DNA of 64,000 nt from assembly GCA_964234715.1 (NCBI GenBank), contig OZ174282.1, one strand, 5' to 3'. Below, in pieces: positions 49,598 through 61,478 of the stretch. The DNA comes from Podarcis melisellensis. Lineage: Eukaryota. The notes beneath the pieces were generated by a model. It made no database searches. It saw only the letters and a list, made by a program, of their open reading frames with translations, and was not told where the DNA came from. Numbering within the stretch: position 1 is the first letter of the stretch; the number at the start of each line of letters is the position of its first letter. Both the position numbers and the translations under genes were made by a program.

Positions 49598-50399
49598 CTA
49601 AGAGAGATATGGAGGGGAGGTTGAGTAGGAGGTGGAAGCAAAGAGAGTCTGGTTGAGGGTTGGGAGGGCAAGAGAGGCTTTTATTTTGGAACATCACACA
49701 TTCAAGGCTTGTCTGATCAACAGCAGAAAAACAAGACAAGAACATCACAACCAATAAACAGAGAGAGAAAGAGAAAGAGAAAAAGAGACAAAAATGGCAG
49801 GAAGACTTTCACACATACAAATTATTCCTGCATTGGAGAGATTGAACTAGATGACCCTTTGGGACCCTTCCAACTCCATGCTTCTTTTGATTTTTGTTTA
49901 TCATTTATTTCTGAGATACCTAATGTCGCTCAGGCCAAGCTCTCTCTGACCAGGGTGATCAGGACTGGGAGAAGAGAAGTACAGATCTGAAATGGTTGGC
50001 AGATAACGGGTCTCTAAATCCACACTGAAAGAAGTGCAAATGCCCTTTGGGTTCTGACATCTTCATCCATCCGCAAAGCCGGGCTGCAAAGCCCTGGCCA
50101 CGCTCCAGGTGCTAATTCCCAAACCATTTATCCTGGAGCTGATGGTAAGTTGTTCTCATGGTGTCAGAGACATGCACAGAACTGGGAAGTATCAGGCAAA
50201 GAACACCCAAACACACCCATTTCCTTGATCACACACTAACGGCTCATTGCCTCTGTATGGAACATCCAGCAGGCCACGGCCCTTGATGGAGGAACCTTGT
50301 CCATGACCAGGCTCTCAACAACAGGGCTAGTAATCTGTTTGGAGCTGAAGTGGGGACACATGGGAGCACATTAAATGCGTAGAGACCACACCTACACTA

Positions 50400-50730
50400 T
50401 ATATTTAAAGCAGTAGCATTCCAACTGAACGGTCATGGCTTACCCCAAAGAATTCTGGGAGCTGTATTTTGTTAAGGGTGCTGCTGAAAGTTATTAGGAA
50501 ACCCCTATTCCCCTCATAGAGCTGCAATTCCCGGGGTTCCCAAGGAAGGAAGAATGATTGTTAAACTACTCTGGAAATTGTAGTTCCCAAGGAAGGAAGA
50601 ATGATTGTTAAACTACTCTGGAAATTGTAGCTTGAAGGGAGGTGGGGGTTTAGGAGTCTTCTAATAGCTCTCACCACCCTTAAGAACCTGTGACTGTTTA
50701 TAATGGAACAATACAGCTTTAAATGTGGTC
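50400..50730. mobile_element. Palindromic MITE-like repeat containing a perfect 47-bp tandem duplication
   Basis: Inverted arms (tttaaagc..ttaagggtg..ttattagga / tcttctaatag..cacccttaa..gctttaaa); 50536-50582 is identical to 50583-50629. Confidence 0.6.
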
Positions 50731-51211
50731 ACAGTCTGAGCTGAGAAGGGCCGGGTGGATCAACCTATATCTAGTATGTGCCAGTTTTGTCAGTGTTTGC
50801 TCATAAGTCCATTCTGTCCATACAAAAACCATATTTAAATACATATTTGATTCTGAATTTATCACAAAATAAAAATTTAAACCCATATGAGTCTTATGTA
50901 TGCATTAAAAAAAATGCTTTATCCTAAAATACATGTTTTGGTACACACTTTGAGCTGACAACTGCATCATAAAATTCAGAACTGACCAAGTGTGAAATCC
51001 AAAGAATAATTATACTCTCATCCAAATATTATTCTGGGAGGTACAAATTAGGCCAGTTCATTACAAATGTAGACAAAAGGAAATTATCCTCTGCTGAGTC
51101 ACCTGCTTCTACACTCTCCAATTACAAACACATGAACATCTCTTACAATCCCTCGGTTACACAAATACAGTTTTTGAGCACACTGATCCCTCAAACTAGA
51201 CAAATACTTAC

Positions 51212-51263
51212 TGTAGCCCATCCCTTGAAGGAAGTACTTGAATGCTTCCGTCAGTTTTCCAGG
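51212..51263 (-). CDS. NDRG4: NDRG4 exon (PGKLTEAFKYFLQGMGY)
   Basis: AG/GT boundaries; translation. Confidence 0.94.
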
Positions 51264-51804
51264 CTGTTCAAGAAATCAGAGGGATGCGGATGAAAAACAG
51301 AAAGAAAAGCACATACAACCAGACATTGCAAAAATAGCGGGGGGGCGGGTGCATCAAACTCAGGACATGGATATTAGACACATGTGGATGAGCCCAGTAT
51401 CTTCTGAATCTGAGCTTTTAAAATTCAGATTCTGTATTTTAAATCCACTTTGTGAATCTAAATTCTGATCTTGTTTTTATTTTTCCTCCTCCTCCCCCTG
51501 CCCTGCCCTGCCCTGCCCAGTCGCACAAACTCCCTATCACCAAGTAAAGGGGGGGGGGAGAGAGATATTTGGGTTTTGCTTTGCTTTAAACTGCTTGGAA
51601 CCAAAATGTGGATTTTCTTCAAAACAACATCCCTGCAACAACTAATCCTAGAGCAGGACGCAACTCAGAGAGTTTTGGGTGAAATGAAGAGAGGTGGGAG
51701 AATCCCATCCAGCCTAAGCGCCCAGGCACACCCAGACGGAGGTTTCTGAGCTCCACAGAAGGTCTTCTAATAACCAAGAGCAGGGAGGAAGAGGAAGAAC
51801 TCAC

Positions 51805-51840
51805 CTGTGTGACTTGAGGGAGCCCACCAGAATCAGCCAT
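51805..51840 (-). CDS. NDRG4: NDRG4 exon (MADSGGLPQVTQ)
   Basis: AG/GT boundaries; translation. Confidence 0.93.
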
Positions 51841-52007
51841 CTGGGTGGAAAACAGAGTTTTGAGTCAGAAAAACTTCACCTTCCTTTCCAGGTGACCAGC
51901 CCCCCCCCTCCCCTCAATTGCATCCATCGCCCAGTCATTAGCTGGGGCTGATGGGAGTTGCAGTCCAAAACATCAGCAAGGCAGCAGGTGGGGTTAGGCT
52001 TTGAGTA

Positions 52008-52230
52008 CAGTGGTACCTCGGGTTAAGTACTTAATTTGTTCCAGAGGTCCGTTCTTAACCTAAAACTGTTCTTAACCTGAAGCACCACTTTAGCTAATGG
52101 GGCCTCCCGCTGCCGCTGCGCCGCCGCCCGATTTCTGTTCTCATCCTGAAGCAAAGTTCTTAACCCGAGGTACTATTTCTGGGTTAGCGGATTGTGTAAC
52201 CTGAAGCGTATGTAACCCGAGGTATCACTG
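52008..52230. mobile_element. Tigger/pogo-like MITE
   Basis: TA|cagtggtacctcgggtta ... taacccgaggtatcactg|TA. Confidence 0.88.
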
Positions 52231-53090
52231 TACAGTCTTAAGGGGCCCCTGAGTCACTGCTGGGCCTGGCACCTGCAAATCCCAGCTTCCATTGGCTTCA
52301 GTCAATGCCACTCTGTACCAATCAACCAACCAGAGATGCCCACCATCTTTTCAAGATGGCCGACGTCCTCAACTAGTGAAGGGAAAGGGAGATATTAGGA
52401 GGCTCAGGTGCCAAATCCCTATCTGTTGTGGGTGGGGAAGGCAAGCAGAAGGGCTGCCTCCTCCAGACTCAGAACCCCATTTGGAGAAAGAGAGCTGGAA
52501 GCAGCAGCAGCTTTTGCAAGCACAAAGATTAAGGGAAGGGCTGACACGCTGTGCTTCAAGTCCTGTCCCTCTTTAGAAAGGCTAGGCTGCCATGATGTCT
52601 AATGAAGGGCTGTGGCTTCTGAAACAGCCTCCCTGCTCCCCTTCCCAAAGGGCAGGAAGCGCCCAGCCCAAGTTGCACCAATCACAAAGTCAGTAGGGGT
52701 CTTGTGGGCCAACCTCCTGACTCTCCTTAAATGCAAGATATCCAGAACTAGAGTGACCCCTGCTGGTGGCCTTCCACCCTGTGCTATAAGACCTCTGTGC
52801 AATGCCTGTAGCTCCTATCATCTCCAGAACTGTGGCTCATAAGTAAATGGGGTAAGCACCACCATCCCCACTGGGTGTCTCAATGGCTCTTATTTTCAAT
52901 TGGGTTTGGCGGTATAGATACATAAGACATTGCAGTTTGTCCTTGGACCTTAAGAGTCCAGTGGGAGGAAGAAGGGGAGAGCAAATTCTGATGGAATCAA
53001 AATCACTTACACAGAATGAGATCTAGGGGTGGGGGAGAGTGGACTAGGGATTAGGACTTGTCCTGAAGACTTGCCCTTCCTCTATCTCAC

Positions 53091-53138
53091 CTTCAGGAAA
53101 GTGGTGGTGGTTGGATCCAGTTTGGAGTTGCATTCAAC
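53091..53138 (-). CDS. NDRG4: NDRG4 exon (VECNSKLDPTTTTFLK)
   Basis: AG/GT boundaries; translation. Confidence 0.94.
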
Positions 53139-53554
53139 CTAACAAACAGCAAAGTCAGAGTTTCAAAATAGCATCAAATCCAGAAGCACAAGCATCACCT
53201 GCCCTGCACGTGGTATGACCCAGCAGCCAACACAATCAGCCTCTGAGGTTCAGTACACCGTGGACGAAACTAGGCTTTATTTCACCCAGGTCAAAGACCC
53301 AGTTTGGAACCCCCTCGCACATTTGTGCACGCACACACACAGGCTGGGGGCCTCAATGGCACCCCTCTGGAAGCTTCCCTTGGGCCACAAAACCTGGCTA
53401 GCCTCCCTGTAGCTTCGGCACTGCAGTAAACCCTCAAAAACAGGGAAACAGTAGCAAAATGGGGGTGGTGTACAGCTTTGGCAACAACAATTAAAATAAA
53501 TAAAAGGAACGTGACAGTCCAGTTTTTAACTATGACTCAAACAATAAAGATAGG

Positions 53555-53820
53555 GAGTATTGTATGGTGTAGGGGTTACAGTGCTGGACTATGAACCGAG
53601 AGACTAGGGATTCAAATCCCCGTTTGGCCATGAAGCTCACAGGGTGACCTTGAGCCAATCACTGCATCTCTCAGCCTAAACTACCTCACAGGGTTGTTGT
53701 GAGGATTAGATCAGGAGCCACATTGAGCTCCTTGGAGACAAAGGTAGGATATAAATGCAATGAAATAAAAATAATAAAAAATAAGTGGGAAGTAAATACA
53801 ATAAATAATAAATAAATAAA
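53555..53820 (+). mobile_element. tRNA-derived CORE/MIR-like squamate SINE
   Basis: A-box-like tggtgtagggg, B-box ggattcaaatcc, CORE-like gggtgaccttgagcca, (taaa)n tail. Confidence 0.75.
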
Positions 53821-53997
53821 TCCCCTTAGGAGCCAGGGGGGTTGCAGCTCTCTCTCTCTCTCTCTCTCCCCCCCCCCAAAGCAATGGGGTAACAGGAAGT
53901 GCTTCATGCAGTCACAGCAAACAAAACAGAATGCCAGGCTCAGCGGGGTGGGAAAGGCTAGCCTGAAGTCTGCAAAGGCATCCTCAGGAGGCCTCTA

Positions 53998-54363
53998 AAG
54001 GTAAAAAGGTAAAGGTACCCCTGCCCGTACGGGCCAGTCTTGCCAGACTCTGGGGTTGTGCGCCCATCTCACTTAAGAGGCCAGGGGCCAGCGCTGTCCG
54101 AAGACACTTCCGGGTCACGTGGCCAGCGTGACATCGCTGCTCTGGCGAGCCAGAGCCGCACACGGAAACGCCGTTTACCTTCCCGCTAGTAAGCGGTCCC
54201 TATTTATCTACTTGCACCCGGAGGTGCTTTCGAACTGCTAGGTTGGCAGGCGCTGGGACCGAGCAGCGGGAGCGCACCCCGCCGCAGGGATTCGAACCGC
54301 CAACCTTTCGATCGGCAAGTCCTAGGCGCTGAGGCTTTAACCCACAGCGCCACCTGTGTCCCT
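53998..54363 (-). mobile_element. Full-length Sauria SINE with 14-bp target-site duplication
   Basis: On -: gggacacaggTGGCGCTGTGG (A box)...GGTTCGAATCC (B box), (accttt)n tail; tcaggaggcctcta at 53984-53997 and 54364-54377. Confidence 0.92.
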
Positions 54364-54522
54364 TCAGGAGGCCTCTAGTTGTTCTTAAATACTGTGCCTG
54401 CCACCCGCCTCCCCCCAGCCTTCAAAGAAAAGACAAGCTTGCAGTCTAGGGGAAGGACAAACCCATGCTATGAGCTTGGTCCCAGACATCATTCAAGCAG
54501 GGAAGATTAACTCCTTACTCAC

Positions 54523-54574
54523 CACGCCATCTTCGGCCGGTGCGTTATCGCCCACCACGAGCATCACTGGGCAG
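54523..54574 (-). CDS. NDRG4: NDRG4 exon (CPVMLVVGDNAPAEDGV)
   Basis: AG/GT boundaries; translation. Confidence 0.94.
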
Positions 54575-54668
54575 CTGCAAACCCCAAGGGGAGAAACGTG
54601 ATTAGCAGGAGAGACCTGCTCTGCTCGGGGCCCCTCCTCATTCTCCCTAGAGCAAATCAATGGCTTAC

Positions 54669-54725
54669 CGGAGTGTCTTGGCATTCGGGATGCTCCCAGG
54701 TCGGTTAATGTCCAGGTCCCTGCGA
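54669..54725 (-). CDS. NDRG4: NDRG4 exon (RRDLDINRPGSIPNAKTL)
   Basis: AG/GT boundaries; translation. Confidence 0.93.
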
Positions 54726-55321
54726 CTGAGAAAAAAATGAGGAATTTTAATTGAAGCAGACAAACATGCAGGGGCTCTGCCACTGTGCTATGTCTGAGTT
54801 CAGCAGGACTACAATATTTGCATCATACCCAGAGGTGGAGCAAGGTGGGTGTGGTCTGCCCCAGGTGTCATCCCTGAGGGGGGTGACACCCCCCCAGGAC
54901 GCTCACCATGGGTGGTGCACTTGCCCTGCCCCCTGGGCGGCTAGCCCCACCCCCGGGTGCATGCCACTCCGGGTGCCAGAGCAGCTAGCTCCGCCTCTGA
55001 TCACACTGTGGTGTTTCACCTTTTATTTACAAAGTATTGGTAAAATTCTGCAAGAAACTCTCTGTCAAGCATAGGAAATTTGCTTGGTTTTAGGGGATGC
55101 TTTTACAATCAAGTAGTATATACATTCTAATAAATAAAAACAATAATAAATAGTTTTTTGAAGGTATTATTAAAAACAAGCTTCATCATAACTGGATGTG
55201 AGCTATAGTGCTTGCAAGCAAATTTTAAAAGGGGGGAATTGGGGAGAGTATGGTGGTAGCTGTCTGTTGGGAGGAAAGCATGGTCCAAGATGCATGCAGT
55301 TCCTTCAGCCCCTGCACGTAC

Positions 55322-55425
55322 CTGTTGTACATGTTCCAGAAGAGCTGGAGGTTGTACTGGTTCACCATGCTGCTGATCTGCTGCCGATAGCTTTGCACCA
55401 GCTCTGTGTTCCCCACCAGCTCTTC
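55322..55425 (-). CDS. NDRG4: NDRG4 exon (EELVGNTELV...WNMYN)
   Basis: AG/GT boundaries; translation. Confidence 0.94.
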
Positions 55426-56685
55426 CTGTGGGTGTGGAAAGAGGGCAGATAGAAAGGAGGCCAAGTCAGAGCACAACTGAGGACCAGAGCAACCGTTCTG
55501 GGCTGGAGGAGGCATCAACTGGAAAAGCACCTCTGTGAGCCCAAGGACTCTTCTGGATCCACCTGTTTGCAGGGCACAGCTCACCGCTTAAGAGCCAGGC
55601 TAAAATTGCAAATCTAGGACTCGGCTGTACTTAACTTTTGCCCCACATTTTCCAGAGACAGGTCTGCACTTTAAAGTACTTGGTCTGAGCACTTTTCTTT
55701 GCCCCTGACACTTTCCCTGCAGAAACCCACCCTTTGATGCTGAATCAGAACAAACAGCAATTTGGGTTTTCCACAGATTGCTATTTGCTTGGATTCAGCA
55801 GTAAAGAGCAGGTTTTTGCAGGGAAAGTGTAGGGGGGGGAACAAAGCACTTGGATATGGTGCTTTAAAGAGCAGACTTGTGCCTAGAAACACAGCACAAA
55901 ATGAAGTCTGGTCACCCCTGCAATTTTGAGTTTGCTGAGCAGGCTGGCTGGCTGCCACCCCTGATCCTAGGTAAGGAAAGGTATTTGATACCCTGCCAGA
56001 AGGGGGGTGCTGCAGACAGGTGGCTTTTCACTTGGTTTCATATTCTCTCTCACACACACATCCCAGCATGGTCTCTCTGGATTCATCCTTGGGAAGAGAC
56101 CTGCGTGAAGTTTTAAAGGAGCCCTGCTACCGTTCAGGCCTGGCTCAGGGCTTTTGTCTCAGCCCTGAAAATGTGTCGTTTTCGTGGGGCAGAACTCTGG
56201 ATCTCTTTTATAGAGTCTCTGGCATTCTGTTGCTATTGACTGCTGAAACTAAACAGGGACTTCCTCTCTGCCCCAGGCCCTCCACACCTGTAAGTGTCTG
56301 CTTAAAATGCAGCTACCTGGAGATCTCTGTGCATCACAGGGTCACATTTGATATTTTTTACTGTGGGAAAAGCAAGCCCTCTTTTGGTGGCTTGCACTAA
56401 AATATTGCCAGAACTAGGTGGGAAGCTGCATCACAGGAACCAACACCTTGTCAGGATGTGACAACCTCCACCTGGCTGCCTCTCAAGCTCCTTGCATGGG
56501 AGACTCAGACTGCAATGTCCTTTTAAAGAGGTTCCCCCAGTCATTCTTGGACAGGGCCAGCTAGAGGCTTTCAAGAAGTGTCTCAGTCTTGCCCTTTGAC
56601 AGCCCAAAAGCAGAAGGGAGGAGATTAACAGAGAAGCACCCCCCACCGCTCCCAGCTCCTTCCATAGCTGTTGCATGCTTCTTAC

Positions 56686-56742
56686 CTGGCTGAACAGGTG
56701 AGTCAGAACTGTGTCAGGCAATGTGCTGGTCAGGCCAGAAAG
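56686..56742 (-). CDS. NDRG4: NDRG4 exon (LSGLTSTLPDTVLTHLFSQ)
   Basis: AG/GT boundaries; translation. Confidence 0.94.
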
Positions 56743-58732
56743 CTGAAAGTTGAAAGCAGAGCATAGGAGCATAAGAGTAAAGAATTAATTGCCTTGCAAT
56801 ATCAGACTAACAGTCCACTCTGATGCCCTCTGAACCTGAAAAAAGTGTGACTTTCTTTCTAAGCCCAGTTGATGTTCCACACCTAATAGCTGTTGACAAT
56901 CCTTTCCTGTTCCATGAATTTTCTCTAATTCAGCCTTCCTCAACCAGACTACAACTCCCATCAGCCCCAGCCAGCACAGCTGTCTGGGGCTGGGGATGAT
57001 GCACATTGTCCAAAACATCTGGAAGACCCTTGACTAGGGAAGGCTGGTCTAATTCCCTTTTAAAGTCATCTGAGCTTTTGAGCCCATCAGTGTTATTTTG
57101 TGGTCACTATGAAGCCCCAAATTATATGTGAACTCAGGGGGGCAGGGGGCAGACTAAAGACAGGCCTCTCCCTCTGCAGTTCAGGGATATTAAGCTAGGG
57201 CAGTCCACTGTGATGGGCTAAGGATGACTGAGACTTTATGTGCTTGAAATATCCTACAGGTGAGTCAAGAATTTCAGTTAGCACATTCCAGGCAATGGAC
57301 GGTCAGGAGTGGACATAGAACCCAGTCACTTCGTCCCAAGCCAAGTGGGGAGCAGAACTCTTGGGAGGAGCTGTCTTGTCAGCTGAGGATGGCCCACTGT
57401 TGCCCACCTGCCCTCTGTCTCCTGAGATAACCCATCATCACACACCCAACCAAGTATGTGCCAAGCTGTGACACCCACAGAAAGGAATGGAAGTGCCCTG
57501 GTGCAGGGCTCCAGGTTGGAGAAGCCTCCATCACAAGGCTGGAAAATAGGAGCAAAGGACTACGGTAACTACTATACAGATCCAGCACTGCACTGAGCCA
57601 CAGGCAGCTTTATTTTGGGAGGTGTGGGGGTTTTAATTGCCCCAAGAATGGTTGCATGTGAACATGCTGCACACCCCAGTAGCCCACTGAAAAATATCTA
57701 GCTTGTTACATTAAATGTGTGAGCAGTTTCCAGGTCTGGCCCTCTAATTAGGCAGAGTGAGGCAGCTACCTCAGGTGGCAGATGCTGAAGAGTGGCAGCA
57801 GCAAGCTCCTTAGGGGCTAGGCTCTGTGTGCCATTTGCACACTACACATCCCACTCTCAACCCTTCTGTGCTAAGTCACTCGTTGCCTTCACTGCTGAAG
57901 GTTGAACTGCTTTTCTTCTCAAGTTGTGCAAACGGTGAGGGGGAAGGGTCACAGGGATTAAGCAAACAGATGCAAAATTTATTTTTTTTGCACAGGTTAT
58001 TGCGCTCTGGGATATTTTGAGCAAGAATTCAAGGCCCTAGATGGAGATTAGTAAACAGCTGCTCAATTTGAGATAGCACAAACATGAAAACCCCTACATG
58101 CCTGGGTTGGGTTAAGAAAACCCTGGGATTTCTTAATTATGGATCAATTAGCACAACAATTTAGAAGCCAAGAAAGGAGACAGAAACAGACCATTTTATG
58201 AAAGACTGGCAGGCAGTAATAACATACCTGGAAACAGAACCAGTGAATTAGGACAAGCCACATGAGGGCAAATGTACTCATCGTTTGTACTAATTACCTC
58301 AGAATATATTGATTTCTGTTTGTTTGTTTGTTTGTTTTTGTTTGTTTGTATGCTAAGCAAACCAAACTAAAAGTGAGCAATCAGGGAGGCCATTGTAATT
58401 AGTTTTTTTATTGATAGGAAAGGAGGGGATTTTTTTCACATTTTATGTATTATTGGTGGTTAAAAATGAATAAAACAATTAGTTACCAACACCTGCCCCC
58501 CAAACATGCCCTGTGGCCCCACTCTGTATGGGCTGCTCTGTATGGGTTGTCAAAGGGAGATGCATGAACATTGCTTTTTGCACAGATGTCCATGGATCCA
58601 AAGAGATCTCACTCAGCTGTCAGTCCCCAGCAATGAGTCTACTTGAGCAGCAGCAGCAGAAACCTCAATTGGCCTGCAGAGACTTGGCTCTGACACACAC
58701 CCAGTAGCGGCAGGGAGGGGAGGCTGTCTCAC

Positions 58733-58819
58733 CTTGGTGGCTGCCCAGTCAATCCAACCTTTGCCATTGGGGTCCACATTGACCAGAACAAGGCCTTCAA
58801 CCAGATCTGGGAAGATCAG
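58733..58819 (-). CDS. NDRG4: NDRG4 exon ([10 protein letters not shown]...WAATK)
   Basis: AG/GT boundaries; translation. Confidence 0.94.
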
Positions 58820-58982
58820 CTAAATCAAAACAGATAGACAGGCAGATGGAGTTTATTCTGGCTCACAGATGTACCCACTGGGACAGAGAGGCAATTAGTA
58901 AGCATAAAAGTGAGCATAATAAAGCAAGCACTATATCTTTAGAATCTAAAAATACAAATACACTGATTGGATAACCTTCTCT

Positions 58983-59120
58983 AGCCTTCCCCAACCTGGT
59001 GCCCTCCAGATGCTTTTAGACTACGACTGCCATCAGCCCCAGCCAGCGGAGCAGTGCTTTTCTGGAGCTGATGGGAGTTGTAGTCTAAAACATTTGGAGG
59101 GCACCAAGTCAAGGAAGGCT
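58983..59120. mobile_element. Palindromic hAT-type MITE (same family as 44007)
   Basis: agccttccccaacctggtgccctccagatg ... catttggagggcaccaagtcaaggaaggct inverted repeat. Confidence 0.75.
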
Positions 59121-59459
59121 GCTCTGCCCAGTAACAAGACACAGCCAGTCCAATTCAGAGCCGCAACCTGAGACTTCCCTGGGGAGTTAAGAAATCAAAG
59201 GGGGGTGGGGTGGAGAAAGCCCTTTCTCTCCAAAGCCCTGAGCTGCAAGTCCCAGGTCACTTCAAATAGGAATTGCTGGTACTATCACTCTTCTTACCCG
59301 GCAATCAGCACTGAGTAAGCATGCCAAGGATTAGACTGGGGGTCCCTGCCCTGGAAAACACCCAAAATGGTGCTGGGCCTTGATAGTTTAAAAAAAAAAA
59401 CCCAAAACCCTTGTCTGGCTAGGATGCAGGACACACCCACCCACCATCTGATCACTTAC

Positions 59460-59520
59460 AGCAAACTTGGCAAGGACATAGGCGCCTGCTCCCACACCAA
59501 TCCCGATCACATACTTGAAC
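59460..59520 (-). CDS. NDRG4: NDRG4 exon (FKYVIGIGVGAGAYVLAKFA)
   Basis: AG/GT boundaries; NDRG GVGAGAY motif. Confidence 0.95.
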
Positions 59521-60048
59521 CTGCGGAAAGAAAAGTGATCAGTGGTCCCCTAGGCAGCCACTTCCCTTCCTTCCTCCCACTGGTGGACTTTTGTGGCTGT
59601 CTTCAAGCCTCCTTCACTCAACTAAAGTTTGATGCTTCGTGTTTGCCAAATATCTTAATCATAGAACTTTTATAAGACAAATACTATCAGCTAATTTATT
59701 TCCTTCCAAGCAACTCATTAACCAGATCTAAAATATTCCTCAGCTTTATCAGTGGCAATTTATCCAATTACTTCATCCACCATTCACTCATGCCATCATT
59801 TTCTCCATCCTGCTGCCTTCTGGATGGATTGGACTACATCAGCCCCAGCCAGAAGGACCACATGGTGATGGGGAAGATGGGAACCAGAGTCCAAAACATC
59901 TAGAGGGCAAGAGGCTGGCAAAGGTATGATGCTTTTGCTCCAAGCTAAATTAAAAACCATCCTCCTCCTTCCACTGCCTCTCTGGGAGTCCTGCCCCATC
60001 ATGTGATTTCACATCACAGCAAGGAAAAGTAGGTCACCCAAGGCTCAC

Positions 60049-60111
60049 CCAAAGTGCTGGACGACACTGGGCAGCATGGCAGCTAACTGGTCCATGGAAG
60101 GATACTGGTAC
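60049..60111 (-). CDS. NDRG4: NDRG4 exon (YQYPSMDQLAAMLPSVVQHF)
   Basis: AG/GT boundaries; translation. Confidence 0.94.
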
Positions 60112-60974
60112 CTGTGAAGACAAAACAGGAGAGTCAGGACACAATGTTGAAGTCTTTTCCTAGCATGATGGGGGAGATCTGAGGGAAAGACCGACCAGGG
60201 ACTAAGGAAGCACCCCCCTTTTTTGCTCTTCTGGGGAAGCCCCAATTCTCCTTTAGAGAAGTCCCCATCCTCTGAGCCAGTCCTGGGCCTCTCCTTCCTC
60301 CCCCAATCAGTGGGAGTGTGGGGCTGGCCTGCTTCAACATCTGAGCTATTGGTTGCCCATGCCATTTACCCTTAGAGAAGGTCCAGCCATGTTTGCCTTG
60401 AACCAGGGCCAGCTCACATGACCAACATGACTGATACCCAGACCCATGACAGTTATTCCTCCCAGGAAGAGTTGATATCAGCATGCAATGAGAAGGTGGT
60501 CATCCACCACAAGTTTCACATCCTCACTAGGTTGCCAAGTTACAACCATCACTACAGCATGACCCACAAGGGAGTGTTTGAGGGACTCTGTTTAAGGCAG
60601 GGATGGAGAACCCTGTGCCCTTCCAGATGGGGTCCAAGTGCAGTTCTCATTGGCTCCAGCCCACCTGGCTGACGGCTGGAGATGACGGAAGCTGAGGTCC
60701 GACAACACCTAGAGAGCCACACATTCCTCATCCCTGATGGGAAACCTGGCCAGGTGTGGCCAGCTGTGCTGGAAGACAGGTGTCACAATGATGATCAAGC
60801 AATCCCATAACACAGCAAGAACAGAGTGTGTCCTAGACGTTTCAGACTACAACTCCTTTCAGCCCCAGCCAGCTCAGCCATATGATGCTGGTGGATAATG
60901 GGAGTTGTAGTTGTCATCCAAAATGCCTGGAGGGGTGCCAGTTTGGGAGAGGCTGCTCCATGGGAGGCACCTAC

Positions 60975-61095
60975 CCCTGAGGGAACTGTGAGGCCCCCGC
61001 CTGCTGCCCAGGAGCATCCACATGGCAGACCACAAAGTGCTTGGTGATCTCTTGCATATCCTCAAAGTTGAAGAAAGTGTTGAAGCAAAGCTTGT
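60975..61095 (-). CDS. NDRG4: NDRG4 exon ([20 protein letters not shown]...QFPQ)
   Basis: AG/GT boundaries; HVDAPGQ motif. Confidence 0.94.
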
Positions 61096-61229
61096 CTGCA
61101 AGGGATCAAAGTGGGGCGGGAAGAGAGACAGAGTCAAAGTCAACAGGACTCAGGACAAAAAAAGGTTGCAAAGCTTGAGGAACAAAGAAGCATGTCCTTG
61201 GAAATAAATTCTGAGCGCTGGTTGCCCTG

Positions 61230-61478
61230 CCCTTTATTTTATTTTATTATTGTATTTATAGCATTTATAAACCATTGTTTCCTCCAAGGAGCTCAAGGTG
61301 GTGTGTGTGGTTCTCAACTTCCTATTCTATCCTCACAACAACCCTGTGAGGTAGGCTAAGCTGAGAGGCAGTGACTGGCCCAAGGTCACCCAGTGGGCTT
61401 CAGGGCTGAGCGTGGATTCGAACTCCAGTCTCCCAGGTCACAGTCTAACACTCTAACCATGAACACCACACTGGCTCT
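61230..61478 (-). mobile_element. tRNA-derived CORE/MIR-like squamate SINE
   Basis: Reverse-complement relative of the 53555 copy; B box ggattcgaac on +. Confidence 0.75.

Larger units (their letters stand above)
47365..61095 (-). other. NDRG4: NDRG4 gene, 3' portion (13 coding exons; 5' exons beyond the window end)
   Basis: Exons join in frame; NDRG alpha/beta-hydrolase-fold peptides and C-terminal RSRTASLTS...HTMEVSC*; synteny with SETD6 and CNOT1. Confidence 0.97.

Noticed and set aside
54270-54363. tRNA-like A/B boxes
   Set aside because: Head of the Sauria SINE; no full cloverleaf
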